NCBI RefSeq assembly: GCF_032191835.1
Contig: NC_083223.1
Coordinates: forward strand, 46,438,001-46,502,000
Length of the DNA: 64,000 nt
DNA from: Heteronotia binoei
Lineage: Eukaryota
Direction: 5' to 3'
Shown here: positions 1-12,165 of the stretch, one piece after another
How positions within the stretch are numbered: position 1 is the first letter of the stretch
How the letters are laid out: every line of letters begins with the position of its first letter
The notes under the pieces: generated by a model
What the model saw: only the letters and a program-made list of their open reading frames with translations
What the model was told of the DNA's origin: nothing
The model's database searches: none
Translations under genes and position numbers: made by a program

Positions 1-2192
1 TGCTGCTCTAAACAATTCCCAGAGTTTGTCAAGGCTCAATACCCTGTTGTGCAGAAGTCTGATAGGAGTCACACAGAAGCAAAATCTTAGCTTCAAGAAG
101 AGGGATTGACCTCCACAATACTCTTTGCTCACAAGAGTGAACAAGAGCAACTTTAAAAGGACATGGAGGCTGTGTGCTGCACTACATTTTAACAGTCATT
201 ATGCTGAGAACTAGTTGCAAAGATGATAATGTTTCAGGCCACTTTGGATACCCCTTGATGAGAAAAGTGGAGCATATGTAACTCATAAATTCAGTATGAT
301 CTCAATAGAGTAGCAAACCCAAATAACTGTTGTATTGCTTTTGTCACTTAATACCTTATTCTCACTTTTTAATATACACAAAACAAATATTAATATACAA
401 GCATAGGACTGAATTTTGAAAACTCAGTGGCCTAAGATGATAAGCCAGTTACTGTTTAAAAATCAGTATAAATGAGAACTGAGGGCCAAACTACATGATA
501 AATTTTTTTAGCAAGTTGGACCCAATGTGGTTTTCCCACAACCACACATCAGCTCTGGGCAGTGTCATTTTAAAAACTGGCAGGCCCCCAGTTTTGCTTG
601 AAATTGCACCATAGGGAGAGATGGGTTCCCTCCTTCCCTTCCACACCATGTCCCTAGCCAAAAAGAGTTCCAATATGGAGCTGTTTACATAACTTTGAAT
701 GTGGAGTATTCAGAGCAATTACTGATGGCAGCAGGCAGCAAAACGTGTCTGGAGAATACCGGCTTTTCAGTGCACTTTATGAAACAGCACTGTAAAGTCC
801 TATGCAGCGGGAGTATAAAAGTGCATTTGGTAAGCAAAAACTGTCCCATGATGCTGTCAAAGGCACGCCTGAATGTATTTTGTATAATTAATGTCACATC
901 TGCACAACAGCCCACACAGTCTGCTTGTGTAGAAAGAAGCAGAAAAAGAATCCCCCCGCTTCTTTTTGCTCAGGGACTTCCATATCCACGCAGCTCACTT
1001 AGGCCCCATCATTTCTCCCCATCAACCACTTAAATTGATGCCACTGCCTGGATGGGCTAAAGCCCAGGTGAACTGTGCGGAGTGGGTGAATGCCTTTCCC
1101 ATGCAGATGAACTCTGAAGAATATGAATTGGATCTTCACTTCCCCTTTCTATTTTGACTGTCTCATTCATTTTACTGACTTTTCCTTCTTGATTTAGCAC
1201 TGCTTTTTCCCCCTGCACAAATTTTGAACTTATCTCAGTTTTTCATCTCATTTCCATTAAAATGTCACACTGATTGCTCAAAATACAATGTGAGGCACTT
1301 TTTAAAAATGGAGCGATACAAATGAAAAGGGTTCTAAGAAGTACATGCTCAGCTTACATTGAGAATAAATATGGCAATCAAGACTATCTCATAGTATCAC
1401 AGCATCCCGAGACAAATTGCATTTCTTCTCCGTGTTTGATGGAATATTTCCATAATGAATTCCATATCTAAAGCTGAATCACTTAACATTCTATTGCTTT
1501 TCTGTAATATCTTTACAGGCAGATATGCTGATTTTATTATTTTTAAAGTTTGTGGTATTTAAAGACCTTGGGTTATTTTTATAATTTGCCATAAAAACAC
1601 ATTTGAGCCCTGCTTAGAATGAAGACAGTATTCACCATGGTTCTTCATCTGTGATGTGACCCATTATTTCCAAATGCCAGACTTTCCCCTCATAACATAG
1701 GTCAGTTTATCTGCATTATTAATGTAATAAATGCAAATCCACATATTTATTTACCCTTCCCCTTATTTTAAAAAATGTAAACATTTTAAGGACCATTTTA
1801 AATTGCTTTGGGGTATTGTTGATATTATTGTCACTAGCCAATGAGTTCCCGCCACACACATCTTCTCCTAAATTCAAAGTTCAATGCATGGAGCCCACCC
1901 TAGGAGACAAAATGGTGTGTTAATATGGAACATAGTGAGGAGACTTCCAAACCACCCTCACCAGTTTAAAAGGTTACATCTATCTTTACTCTTTCTATGT
2001 TGTACATGAATTTTGTGAATGCAGAAGGAAAATGGCAGGTTTCAGGTTTCTTAGTTTCTAGAAAAGCAGTTAGGCTGAAGACAAACCCTAGTTTTTAAGA
2101 GAGATCAGAAAGAGGCATCACTTCTTGTTACAAATGCCATTTTTTCCCTTTTTATTACATATTTAATTACTATGTAATAAAAAAAACACTTT

Positions 2193-2478
2193 GGGCGTTT
2201 TCGCACTCACCTTCAGCCGGCGCGACCCCCCTCTTCACCGCGCAGGATCTGCGCGGATTTCGCACTAAATGCCGCGGAGCAGCCGGAAGAGCCGGAAGCT
2301 CCCGGCGCAAAAGCCGCTCAAACGTAAACCGCCAAAAAGCAGTTTCCGTTTGCGTGGCTTTTGCGACGGGAGTTTCCGGCTCTTCTGGCTGCTCCGCGGC
2401 ATTTAGTGCGAAATCCGCGCAGATCCTGCGCGGTGAAGAGGGGGGTCGCGCCAGCTGAAGGTGAGTGCGAAAATGCCC
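2193..2478. mobile_element. CpG-rich foldback MITE, PIF/Harbinger-like
   Basis: Arms of about 135 bp (GGGCGTTTTCGCACTCACC... / ...GGTGAGTGCGAAAATGCCC) are inverted copies around a 12-nt loop; flanked by TTT on both sides (possible 3-bp TSD). Confidence 0.8.
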
Positions 2479-3195
2479 TTTGTGTATACTGCTGCCTTTG
2501 CAGAAGGGGTCATTTTCAGTTCAGGGTCATCTGCTGTTATGTCTAACCTCTTTTTTAGGGAATCATCTTACATTCAGTGTTGTTTTCCTTCTGAATAAAT
2601 ATGGTAAGTATCCATCCCAGGGTCCTAGTGGGCAGTTTTAAACTATGCATCTGATCTAGAGATCCTGAGTTAGCACTGGCAGCTAAAAATGTGTGGGTTC
2701 CCATTATTCAGAATGGTCAACTGAAGTGGGGGAGATGTTAGAAGTTCTTCTTGGGAATGAGGAATATAATAGAGAAGGAAGTTTCCCTTTTAATTTCACC
2801 CGTTTGGTGGAATGTACAAAATAAATAAAATTTTGAATTCTCTTTCTTAGGACAGTTTGATTAATACAAGATTAAGTCACATCGTATATCAGAAATGGTG
2901 TTTTGTACATTTTCAAGCTGTATTTCCTTGCATTTCAATAATATTTCCAAAGCAATGTTCTTTAGACCCAGACTTTAGACCCAGGCTTCAAAGTATTCAT
3001 TCATAATCCCTGTAAAGCCTTCACAAAGCACTTTGGTGGGGGGGAGTCTGCATGCAGTATCCTGATGAAACTGAATACCCTCTTGAAGGTAATTTAAGGT
3101 CATTGCCTTTCTTCATTGCATGGAGCAGCAATGGATAGTGGCTTACAGCACAACTATCCATAGCAAAGAATCTTTCTTTCCATGAATAGCACAGG

Positions 3196-3399
3196 CAGGG
3201 CTTTTTTTCCTAGAAAAAGCCCAGCAGGAACTCATTTGCATATTAGGCCACACACCCCTGGCATCACCATTGTTTCACACAGGACTTTTTGTGCAAAAAG
3301 CGCAGCAGGAACTCATTTGCATATTAGGCCACACCCTCTGATGCCAAGCCAGCTGGAACTGCATTTCTGTGCATTCCTGCTCAAAAAAAAAAAGCCCTG
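3196..3399 (+). mobile_element. hAT-type MITE, CAGGGCTTTTTT family
   Basis: TIR CAGGGCTTTTTT...AAAAAAGCCCTG; degenerate 8-bp flanks AGCACAGG/TGCCCAGG; internal duplication of GCAGGAACTCATTTGCATATTAGGCCACAC; related copies at 23982, 28836/34655, 63755. Confidence 0.85.
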
Positions 3400-3889
3400 T
3401 GCCCAGGTATATGTGATGGTTTGTAAATTACAGAAGTTCTCTCAAAGGTCTTCCTGTTTTGAGGCATACCTATACCAGTTCTCCAAATGTTAAGAAGCTG
3501 AGCTAGATGAAGCACAAACTAATGAGGGTACTGAAGTTAGCTATTTTTTTTAAAAAAAATGTGCCCGTTTAAACCGATTTGACACACACAGGGCTTAACT
3601 AAACACTGTTAACAACAGTTGTGAGTAGTCACTTCATTCATCTTTTTCATTTTGAGATTTTTGTAGATATGTCACCAATTGCCTTCAGTTGCCGATAGGC
3701 CTATAGAAAAATGTCCTGTCCCTTTAGTAGAGTCTTAGCATATGAAAGTGGGCAAGTGAAGTTTGGCATTGAAGTAAATAACATCTCTTGTACAGTTGTA
3801 CATAACAAACCATGAACCCTCAAGCTGCTGTTCACAATTTTCTCCTTATGTGTATCTCTGTCAGCTGACTGAATATTTACTTGATGCAT

Positions 3890-3985
3890 TGGACAAAGTA
3901 GGCTCTAACCATGAAGCTTATGCTAGAATAAATTTTATTTGTTTTTAAAATGGTACAGATTCCTGTTTGGTTTTGCTACAGCATG
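3890..3985 (+). mobile_element. Decayed Penelope-like 3' terminal repeat remnant
   Basis: AAAGTAGGCTCTAACCATGAAGCTTATGCTAGAATAAAT...CCTGTTTGGTTTTGCTACA resembles reptile Penelope ends (recalled consensus); the hammerhead core is mutated. Confidence 0.5.
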
Positions 3986-5198
3986 GGTCCTCTCCCAGTG
4001 AAATAAGTTTCTGGAATGAATTGCTTAATTTATGCTCTATTTTCAGCTCTGTTTTGTTACCACCTTCAGAGCTGAGAACTAAAAGAAAAAATACCACTGA
4101 GCATGCACAAAGAAGCTTTCTTTCACCACTGAATAACTGCAGTCTTCTTGAGCCCTGTTTAATAGTTCAGGTTGTTCTGGACAAAGATACAGGCAGGATT
4201 TTTTTTTTTAAATCCCTCTACTTATGGTTTCCTCTCCCCCTCCTTTTCCCACATATCAGCCATGTATTTTTAAAAAAACAACTTACCAGATCAGGGAAAC
4301 AAGACAACTTCATTTCTTAAGCACTAATTTTGATGCTTTATCAATAAATTAAATGTTAAGCTTTTAAAAAGCCCTTTCTTTCCCCAAATTCTTCTCCTCC
4401 TCCATTTCCAGTCCCCTGAAAACTTCTATTCCCTGGTTCCCTCAGTCAAAGTAGTGGTGGAGTTGAAAGTGGCCAATAGTAAGTGGCATCTAATTTTGTA
4501 TTTAACAAAGGAGTTTCTTGAAGGAAAGTTCAGAGCAAAGGGAATCAACAAATTCATTTTAATGATTTATGGTCTTTTAAGTTTATTAATTAGCAGTTAA
4601 AAGAAGGAGGAGTTGTGTTACCTTAATCTTGTCTGGCAACCAGCAGGAGGGGGGGCAGAGACACGAGGGGGGGGGCGCATTACATCATCTGTGCCACTAT
4701 GTCACTTCCAGGGATAACCTGTAAGTGATATAAGCTAGCTCCGGGGAAAATCAGAAACTAAGTGGTAAAACTATAAAATTTCTGGCAATTCCTATACCTA
4801 CCCCATCTCACTTAGAAGTTTTTCCCAGAAGTGATGTAGAAACACACATTAAAAAATGGTTCTACTCAGAGTGGTGGAGGGCAGCTAGTCTGCCAGTGGG
4901 AGGCCTCTCACCATAGTGAGAGATGTGATGAGTATGTCTTGAAAGATTCAAATTAGAGGGACATATATAAGACTTTGGGAATAGGGAAACCAGACCTCCC
5001 ACTATAGCAGGAGGCCTTCTGGCATTCTGCCCCATTGCCTGCTGTTGCCTTGGCACCAACAGGAGGAAATAGGGGAAGGCCTGGTGCACTGGCACCATAT
5101 TGACATGCATACATCACTTATGGTAAAAACTAAAAATTTTGGAAATTCTCTAGAGCGGATGCTGTGTCACTTCCTGCTTTTACTGAAAGTAATATAAC

Positions 5199-5280
5199 TA
5201 GGGTTGCCAGGTCCAACTCAGGAAATATCTGGGGACTTCAGGTGTGGAGCTGGGAGACTTAGGGATAGAGCCAGGAGACT
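5199..5280 (+). mobile_element. 5' fragment of TAGGGTTGCCA hAT MITE
   Basis: TAGGGTTGCCAGGTCCAACTCAGGAAATATCTGGGGACTT matches the start of the full copy at 44624. Confidence 0.7.
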
Positions 5281-8200
5281 TTCCCATTCCAAATAAATAA
5301 TAAGAATATAGCAGTGCAGTTCCCCTGAATACAGTCTTTATTTCCTCCTCCTCTTTTTTGCCTTCAAATGGTTCCCAAGCAGTTGCACTTCCATTAAATG
5401 AAAGTGAACACACACACTCACAGAGCAACCGAAATAAATTATTTGCAAGCCCACACTTTTGTGATCTCACGGGGCAATTTACTCACAAGAGCAGCTGGAT
5501 GTAACAATCTGCTGTATTTCAACCAACTTCTTCATACTAATACAGGAAAATGAAAGTACTGAACAGAGCAGTCTAGAGGGTGGAGTTTTCTTTCATCCAG
5601 TAATCAGGTTCTAGTTAACTTTTTACTATCCCTTTTACTATGTTAACAAGTTCTGAAAGGATGCAAAACAAACAGAGGACTTTACCCTCTCTCTTCTCCT
5701 CTCACACACTCACTGGGAAGAGCTACATGGCTCTGCTTGCTTGCCCCCCCCCCCTCCACTTTAGTCTTGCTGAGATTTAAAGGCAAAACACTAGCAGTCT
5801 GCAAGTTTCTAAACCTGCTGTGATGGAAAGGCACATCATGGCTGGTGGAGCAGGGCTTCCCCCTGCTGACCAGCTAGCTGACAGTGGAGCGGAGCCTGCA
5901 AAACTGGAGGAACCCCTGCTGGGACCTAGGGGCTGGCAAACCTAGATATAAGGATTCTGTTGTAATGCTGGCTCACCTCTGGATTCCCTCCCAAGATCTG
6001 CCAGTTGTGACCTGCCAAATCTACTTGGGAAAGTTGATTACTTCTGGACCTCTTGGATTCCATTTTAGTGAAAAAAGAGGAGGAAGTATGAGTAGGCACA
6101 CACAGAGGTCCTCCAGTTGGTTACATCCCAGGGCAGGGGAAAGGAAGACAGGAACAACATGAGAACAACACCTGGGCTTTCTCCTCAGGCATCCATGTTG
6201 TCATGGTACCTCAAGTGTACTTCTAGCTTCTGCAGCTAACCAACTCTGTCTCCATCTCCTGTTCTCTCTGTCCTTATGCATAATTCCAGAGCAGTATGTA
6301 TCATTGCCCCTTTCATTATCTCTAGAACAGGGCCTCTTTCTCTAACTGGCCTCAAATTTAGGATGGATTCTTTGGACAGGGGGTTTTGTCCCTGAGGAAT
6401 TTGTCCCAGTTGGGTGGGAGACAAGTAGATATAGTTTTCTACAGGTGGAAACATAATTTATGTGGCTTTATAATATTACAGAATCCAAACCAAATTATTG
6501 ATAAATTAAAAAAAGACACAAATCTGAACCTGAATAAAAATTTCTGTTCACTTTTCCAAGGGAAACACATTGTGTCTGTATGTGGCCTGTTTTTTTTCTG
6601 TGTGAGCAAGTGAACTGAGAACTTAGCATGTCCTGGTTCCACTGCAAAGAGGAGGGAAAGTGGCTTTTTTGGAAACCACGGTTACTAGCATTTCTCTGAC
6701 CATAGAGAAGTGTTGTGCCTCTGAGCAAGAGGCCCTGCTAATCTATTTCCAAAGCAGTGCAATTTACCACATCCCTGCCTGCTGGAGGCTGTGCCTAACT
6801 AAAGAAATAATTACTATTAATACAATGAGTCATTGCCATGTTGAATGTTGTGTTAAATAAGAACCATTGCTCTGATAGCTGCGCTTGACAGTTTTATTTA
6901 GGCCTTGTGTGTTGAGTTTTGAGTTGGTGTTCTTTCTTCTTCCCCAGTTCTAGTTTCTACATATTAATTTTCTTGTAACAAAGTTGGTTGTTGTTTCCAT
7001 GTAGAGATAAGGAAATAGAGGTTTGGGTGCCTGGGGAAGAAATAGTGGGTTTTAATATTTCTTCACAACATTTTGCATCTGCTTCTCAAACAGTTGCTGG
7101 CTTTAGCCATAATCATGAGATCTGTTGCACAATTTCAGGAGAGAAAAAGAGAGGAGAGAGAGAGAGAGAGACTGCTTACATCTCTAATTTCTGCCCCACT
7201 TTTGTCTCTGGTGTGATTGCAACATTCAGTCCCCCCACAAAGGCAATGCAGAACTAAGCAACTGTACTGGAAGCTGGGTTGTTGTTTTTTTTAACCTGTT
7301 CACACAGTGTTTTTCTTTGTTGTCGTAAAACCCACACTGTGGTCCATTTGACTGTGTCTGCTTTCCTCTGTCCAGTCAGGAGGCTCACTAAGACCAGTGA
7401 CTCCCATAGAATGAAGGAGTAGTCTCCTCTGAGGACAGATCACACACTCTACATAGTAAACTTTTTTGACATCTAAGAGTGAAGTAGAACATGGATTTTA
7501 AGTCCGAAAAAAATTCTGCTGGCTTTCAAGTATCAGAAAAATACTAGTCTAGATATCCTCAGAAACAACAAAGCTGACTCTTTCCATTGACTCTGTGGTA
7601 GGGATCCCTGGGATCTCTGACCACTCTGTTAGCAAATAAAAAAGTGAATGAGGCTACTCGTTCAAGTAAGTAAATCCATGTTTGTTAAGCAAATCAAATA
7701 AGTGCAGATGTAGATATCTTCTGTTGAAGATGAAGTCGTTTCAGTGCATTGAGGCATTGGTTTTCAGAGCAGCAAATGTATTACAATGTCATATTTACCT
7801 GAGAGGATGAAAACTACACATGTAAGATGACCCCCCCCAAAAAAGAGATTATATTCAAAATGTTTTGTTATTATTATAAGTGCTTATCTCTTTTATGCAA
7901 TCTTAAGATGTTCCACCTTTGGGATGTGGCACATGTAGAATAAAAATCTAGTATTTCAGCTAAAGAGGGTAGTACAGCTGTCTTTGCTCTTAGACGCAAA
8001 TATTGCCTCAGAGTATCTGAGCCACACAATGCTGGGCATAATAAGTATTTCAATGAGATAAAGCAGGGTAAGTCTGGCACTTCAACTTCTGTTGATTTTA
8101 CAAGATGTTTTCCTTGGCCACAAGGACCACAGAGCTATGTCCAAATACATCACTTCATAAATTACCCAGTTCTACACTGATCTGCAGAAGGGATTTAAAC

Positions 8201-8471
8201 ACACAAAATGCTTTCCTCTTATTGAGGAGTCTGGTGGTGTATTTCCAAGTTGCATGCATAGTTCTTATTATAAATAGAGAATACCTGCCATGTTCCAGAG
8301 ATTTTGATTAAATTCAGGGAGTATCTGCAAACCAACAAGTCAGGGTAAGTTTTCTACAATACCTAATTGGAAAACAGAAGTTTAAAAACAATTTTAAAGT
8401 GCAGTTGCATGCTTCCATAAGGCATATTAAGAAAGTTATTCAAAAGATTATCTCATCTGATATCCGGGGAC

Positions 8472-8661
8472 CAGTGTTCCCTCTAAGCTGCAGAGTCTTG
8501 TGAGCAAAAATTCTACTTTGTGACCTACTGGGATTAAAGTTGTGAACTGCTGCATAAATTAGTGTGCTCTGGGGCCATTTTTCCTGAGCTAAGACAAAAA
8601 TGTGTGAGCTGGAGGCTAAAAATCTGTGATTGGCATGTAACTCAGCTTAGAGGGAACACTG
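8472..8661. mobile_element. hAT MITE
   Basis: TIR CAGTGTTCCCTCTAAGCTG...CAGCTTAGAGGGAACACTG with perfect 8-bp TSD CCGGGGAC (8464-8471, 8662-8669). Confidence 0.92.
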
Positions 8662-9123
8662 CCGGGGACCACTCTATTTGCATTAATATTTCTATCAGTA
8701 GTACAATGGCTTAGTGCTCTTTCAGTAGATGGTCTGAAAAATGAGTTTTTTTTCTGTACCCAAGAAGGAAGTAGGAATTCACCAGTTTAGAGTTGAGAGG
8801 GTAGTGATTTCTTTGCCTTTTGTTCATCTCAGGAACACCAGACCTTTCTGGAGTTATCTTTTATAAACTGACATGCCAGGTACACATATGTTTTCAAAGT
8901 GACATGTTTGATTTAATTTAAGCAATGCTTTCCAATATAAACAGACATTTAACAAAGCCTACAGCATGTGTTCTCTCGGTGACATGATCCCCCCCCTTTT
9001 ATTAATATACATACATTTTTTGTGATTTCATAAGGCTTCACATCCAACTCATGATACAGTTACTAACTGATATGATGTTGTTAGCCTCTGAAATAGTTAC
9101 GAAGGGTTTGGCATCAGGACGCC

Positions 9124-9129
9124 TTTATT
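9124..9129 (-). terminator. Candidate polyadenylation signal (AATAAA) for KCNF1
   Basis: TTTATT on + strand about 210 nt past the stop codon; another at 8998-9003. Motif only, no transcript evidence. Confidence 0.3.
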
Positions 9130-9339
9130 ATTATTTGACCATACATTTGTTATGTGTGCATGTTTTATATCAGGTCTTATAAGCTATGGGTTACCAAACT
9201 GAGATGGAGATACCAGTGCAAAGGGAGGGAGGAGTGCTGGGTAAGTGGAGCTGGTCTCAGAGGAGTCTCTTTAATCTTTCCAGTATAAGATTCAATTCAT
9301 ATTCAAGGCTTTTGCTGAATACAGGCAAACTCCTGGAGT

Positions 9340-10803
9340 CTACTTACAGCTCTGAAGTCTGGTTCGATGGTGTTTATCATCTGACAGGAGGTGAATGAAA
9401 GTGTCACTGTAAGAGACTTTGAATCGGTTGCTCCACTGAGGATCTCCCTTTCCTTTTCTTGAAAGATGTGATGGATCATCTTTGGGGCTTCCACTTTTCC
9501 TATCACCAGCATTGAGCTCCATCAGTTCCAGCTCATGCTTGGCTGCTGTCTCTAAAACTCTCTGCTTATTATAATATCTGACAAAGTTGTTGATGATGGG
9601 GTGGATTGGCAGTGCAATGGCTATGACCCCACAAAGGAAACTGATGGCAGCATTGAGTTTCCCTAGCGTGGTCTTTGGATAGATGTCCCCATAGCCCACA
9701 GTAGTCATGGTTATTATTGCCCACCAAAAAGATTGAGGGATGCTCTTGAACAATGTCTCTGGATGATTTTGCTCCATTGTATAACCAAGGGCAGAAAACA
9801 CAAAAATCCCAACAGCTAAATACATCAGCAAAAGCCCCAGCTCCTTAAAGCTCCTCTTAAGAGCATAAGTTAAAGTCTGTAGACCCGAGGAATGGCGTGC
9901 TAGTTTGAAAATCCTTGCAATCCTCATAATTCGGAGTGCTTGGACAGCTTGCTGCATATTGGTTAATTCCATCAATCTGGCACCCAAATGAGTCAATATC
10001 AGGCTAACATAGAAGGGAAGTATTGCAAAAATGTCAATGATGTTCATGAAAGAAAGAGCAAAATGCAGCTTATTAGGAGAGGAGATGAGTCTGAGGATAT
10101 ACTCAAGAGTAAACCAGCCTATGCAAACAGTCTCGATCTTATCCAGTACTGGGTGTTCCACAGCTTTTCCTTCCGAGTCCAGCACCTGAAGTTCTGGGAT
10201 GGTCCCCACACACATCACTACCGATGAGGTTAGGATGAACAGAAAAGACAGGATCGCTGTTACTCGAGCTGGGTAGGAAGATTCTGGTTTTTCCATGAAT
10301 TTCCAAATATATTTTTGGCATTTTTTCCAGCGGTTTTCACAGCTGTCCACTCCCAAGTCATCCAAAATCAACTGGACCCTGTGGGCTATCTCTTCAAGTT
10401 CCTCTTTTTTTTCACTGAGATGAGTTTTGCAGCAGTCATCCAAAAACTTAAGATCCACTTTCCAAAACTCCATTTCATTCTTGAAACAAATGGGACATAT
10501 TCCTTTCTTCATGTGAACCTCCCCAAAGTAATACACGTCAACGATGCATTTGAAAGCGTCAGGATCTCGGTCAAAGTAAAATTCTCTTTTCCCAGGATCG
10601 TAGTCATCACAAAGAGAGAAAATGGTGTCATATCCCCCTGGCAAGCAGTTCATAAGCTCGGCCAGTCTTGTATTTGGGTACTGGCTTAGATGATCACTGT
10701 ACAGCACCTGCTTCACCCCTCCGACATTGACTATAATCTCTATTTCTTCGCTGCTTTCTGACCCATCACTATCCAGATCTTGGAAACTAATGTCATCTGC
10801 CAT
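9340..10803 (-). CDS. KCNF1: Voltage-gated potassium channel modifier subunit Kv5.1, single exon, 487 aa
   Basis: T1 domain (IVNVGG...EFYFDRDPDAF), S4 LRIMRIARIFKLARH, pore TTVGYGD, S6 ALPIHPII and C-terminus HHRTRLQSCK match Kv5.1 as recalled; intact ATG to TAG. Confidence 0.97.
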   Translation of the reverse strand: MADDISFQDLDSDGSESSEEIEIIVNVGGVKQVLYSDHLSQYPNTRLAELMNCLPGGYDTIFSLCDDYDPGKREFYFDRDPDAFKCIVDVYYFGEVHMKKGICPICFKNEMEFWKVDLKFLDDCCKTHLSEKKEELEEIAHRVQLILDDLGVDSCENRWKKCQKYIWKFMEKPESSYPARVTAILSFLFILTSSVVMCVGTIPELQVLDSEGKAVEHPVLDKIETVCIGWFTLEYILRLISSPNKLHFALSFMNIIDIFAILPFYVSLILTHLGARLMELTNMQQAVQALRIMRIARIFKLARHSSGLQTLTYALKRSFKELGLLLMYLAVGIFVFSALGYTMEQNHPETLFKSIPQSFWWAIITMTTVGYGDIYPKTTLGKLNAAISFLCGVIAIALPIHPIINNFVRYYNKQRVLETAAKHELELMELNAGDRKSGSPKDDPSHLSRKGKGDPQWSNRFKVSYSDTFIHLLSDDKHHRTRLQSCK

Positions 10804-11690
10804 TTTAATTTTTATTGCAGCCTTATTTCCGACAGCCTTTCACCCACACACGGAATTTTGTATTGAAGCAGCTTCGCCAGAGCAACTGAGAATCAAGTCA
10901 GCTGTATATTAATAAATCTCTGCTGAGAAGACTGAGCAGGACTCAGAAAGGGTTACAAAAGCAAACCTGCAGGCTGTGAAACCCTGTGAAATATGCCACA
11001 AGCTGCATGCAAGGAAGAGCTGAGGCATCTGGCTGTTTAGAAACAAGAGCAGGGCTGCTTGACAGGAAAGCTGTTGTTCCAACACATTTGGACAAAGCAA
11101 AAAGGGGGGAGGAAACACTTAAAGAAACTCACCCCAGCGCTTGCGATTGTTTTCAGGTTCTCTTTTTTCCCCCTGGCCTTTATTCATTACCAGAGACTCC
11201 TGGACCCTCAAGAAATCCTTTGAATAATGAAAAGTGGATTAACAGTTCAGAGGGGGGAAAGAAAAGGTAGTCCCAACTAGACGCTTGTGATGTCTTGGCT
11301 TCAGAGGCTGACCGGGGAAATCTGTGAAGTTTCTTTGGATATAAAGGTCTCCTCGAGTTTTGCACTGGTTTGTTCTCACAGAGTCCTGAAGCTTGCCAAG
11401 CAACCTGAAGTGTGCTGTTTTAAAGCACAGTAGGAATTCCAACCTGACAAGAACCTTCCACAGTCTACCCTCTTCTGGCGAAATGCTGCAAAAGCATGAG
11501 TTGTGCCGGGGAAAACAGTTAGGTAGTGCAGTGTATGTGTAGATGTACAGTGCAATTTTCTTTTACACCCTGTTCATTTTTAATATGGGTTGTGAGGCGA
11601 GTATACAGCTTTGAAAATGCAAGGAAAAAATGTTCATGGAATTACCATAGATAGATTGGTAAACTACTTAAGGGTCATAGAGACTCGAAG

Positions 11691-11964
11691 GAGAGGCAGT
11701 TTGGTGTAGTGGTTAAGAGCGTGGATTCCTATGTGGGAGAACAGGGTTTGATTCCCCACTCCTCCACTTGCACCTGCTGGAATGGCCTTGGGTCAGCCAT
11801 AGCTATCGCAGCCATAGCTATCCTTGAAAGGGCAGCTGCTGTGAGAGCCCTCTCAGCCCCACCCACTTCACTGGGTGTCTGTTGTGGGGGGAGAAGATAA
11901 AGGATATTGTAAACCACTCTGATTCAGGGAGAAGGGTGAGGTATAAATCTGCAATTCTTCTTCT
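11691..11964 (+). mobile_element. tRNA-derived MIR/Squam3-like SINE
   Basis: Head GAGAGGCAGTTTGGTGTAGTGGTTAAG with B-box-like GGTTTGATTCC, L2-like 3' end and (TTC)n tail; several copies in the window. Confidence 0.85.
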
Positions 11965-12025
11965 AACATGAATAAAAAGAGTTTGTGCATTGTAGGGTGG
12001 TTTTACTTTTTAAACAATCAAGTTC

Positions 12026-12165
12026 CAGGGCTGGCCCTAGACTGCCTGGCACCCCTGGCAAGGCTAACTTCTGGCACCCCTCCCTGCACTGATAACACCA
12101 CCAAGTCACATGGGAGTGCCCAATTCGGCACCCTAGGCGATTGCCTCGTGGCAGGGCTGGCCCTG
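12026..12165. mobile_element. hAT MITE (CAGGGC-type TIR)
   Basis: CAGGGCTGGCCCT...AGGGCTGGCCCTG ends; 8-bp flanks TCAAGTTC/TCCATTTC (6/8 match). Confidence 0.6.

Noticed and set aside
685-1157. Cluster of short ORFs (60-112 aa)
   Set aside because: No recognisable domain, mostly non-ATG starts; expected by chance. No C2orf50-like sequence found.
3890-3925. Functional hammerhead ribozyme
   Set aside because: The CUGANGA and GAAA boxes are both mutated.
11691-11765. tRNA gene
   Set aside because: tRNA-like A/B boxes are the head of a multi-copy SINE; no full cloverleaf.
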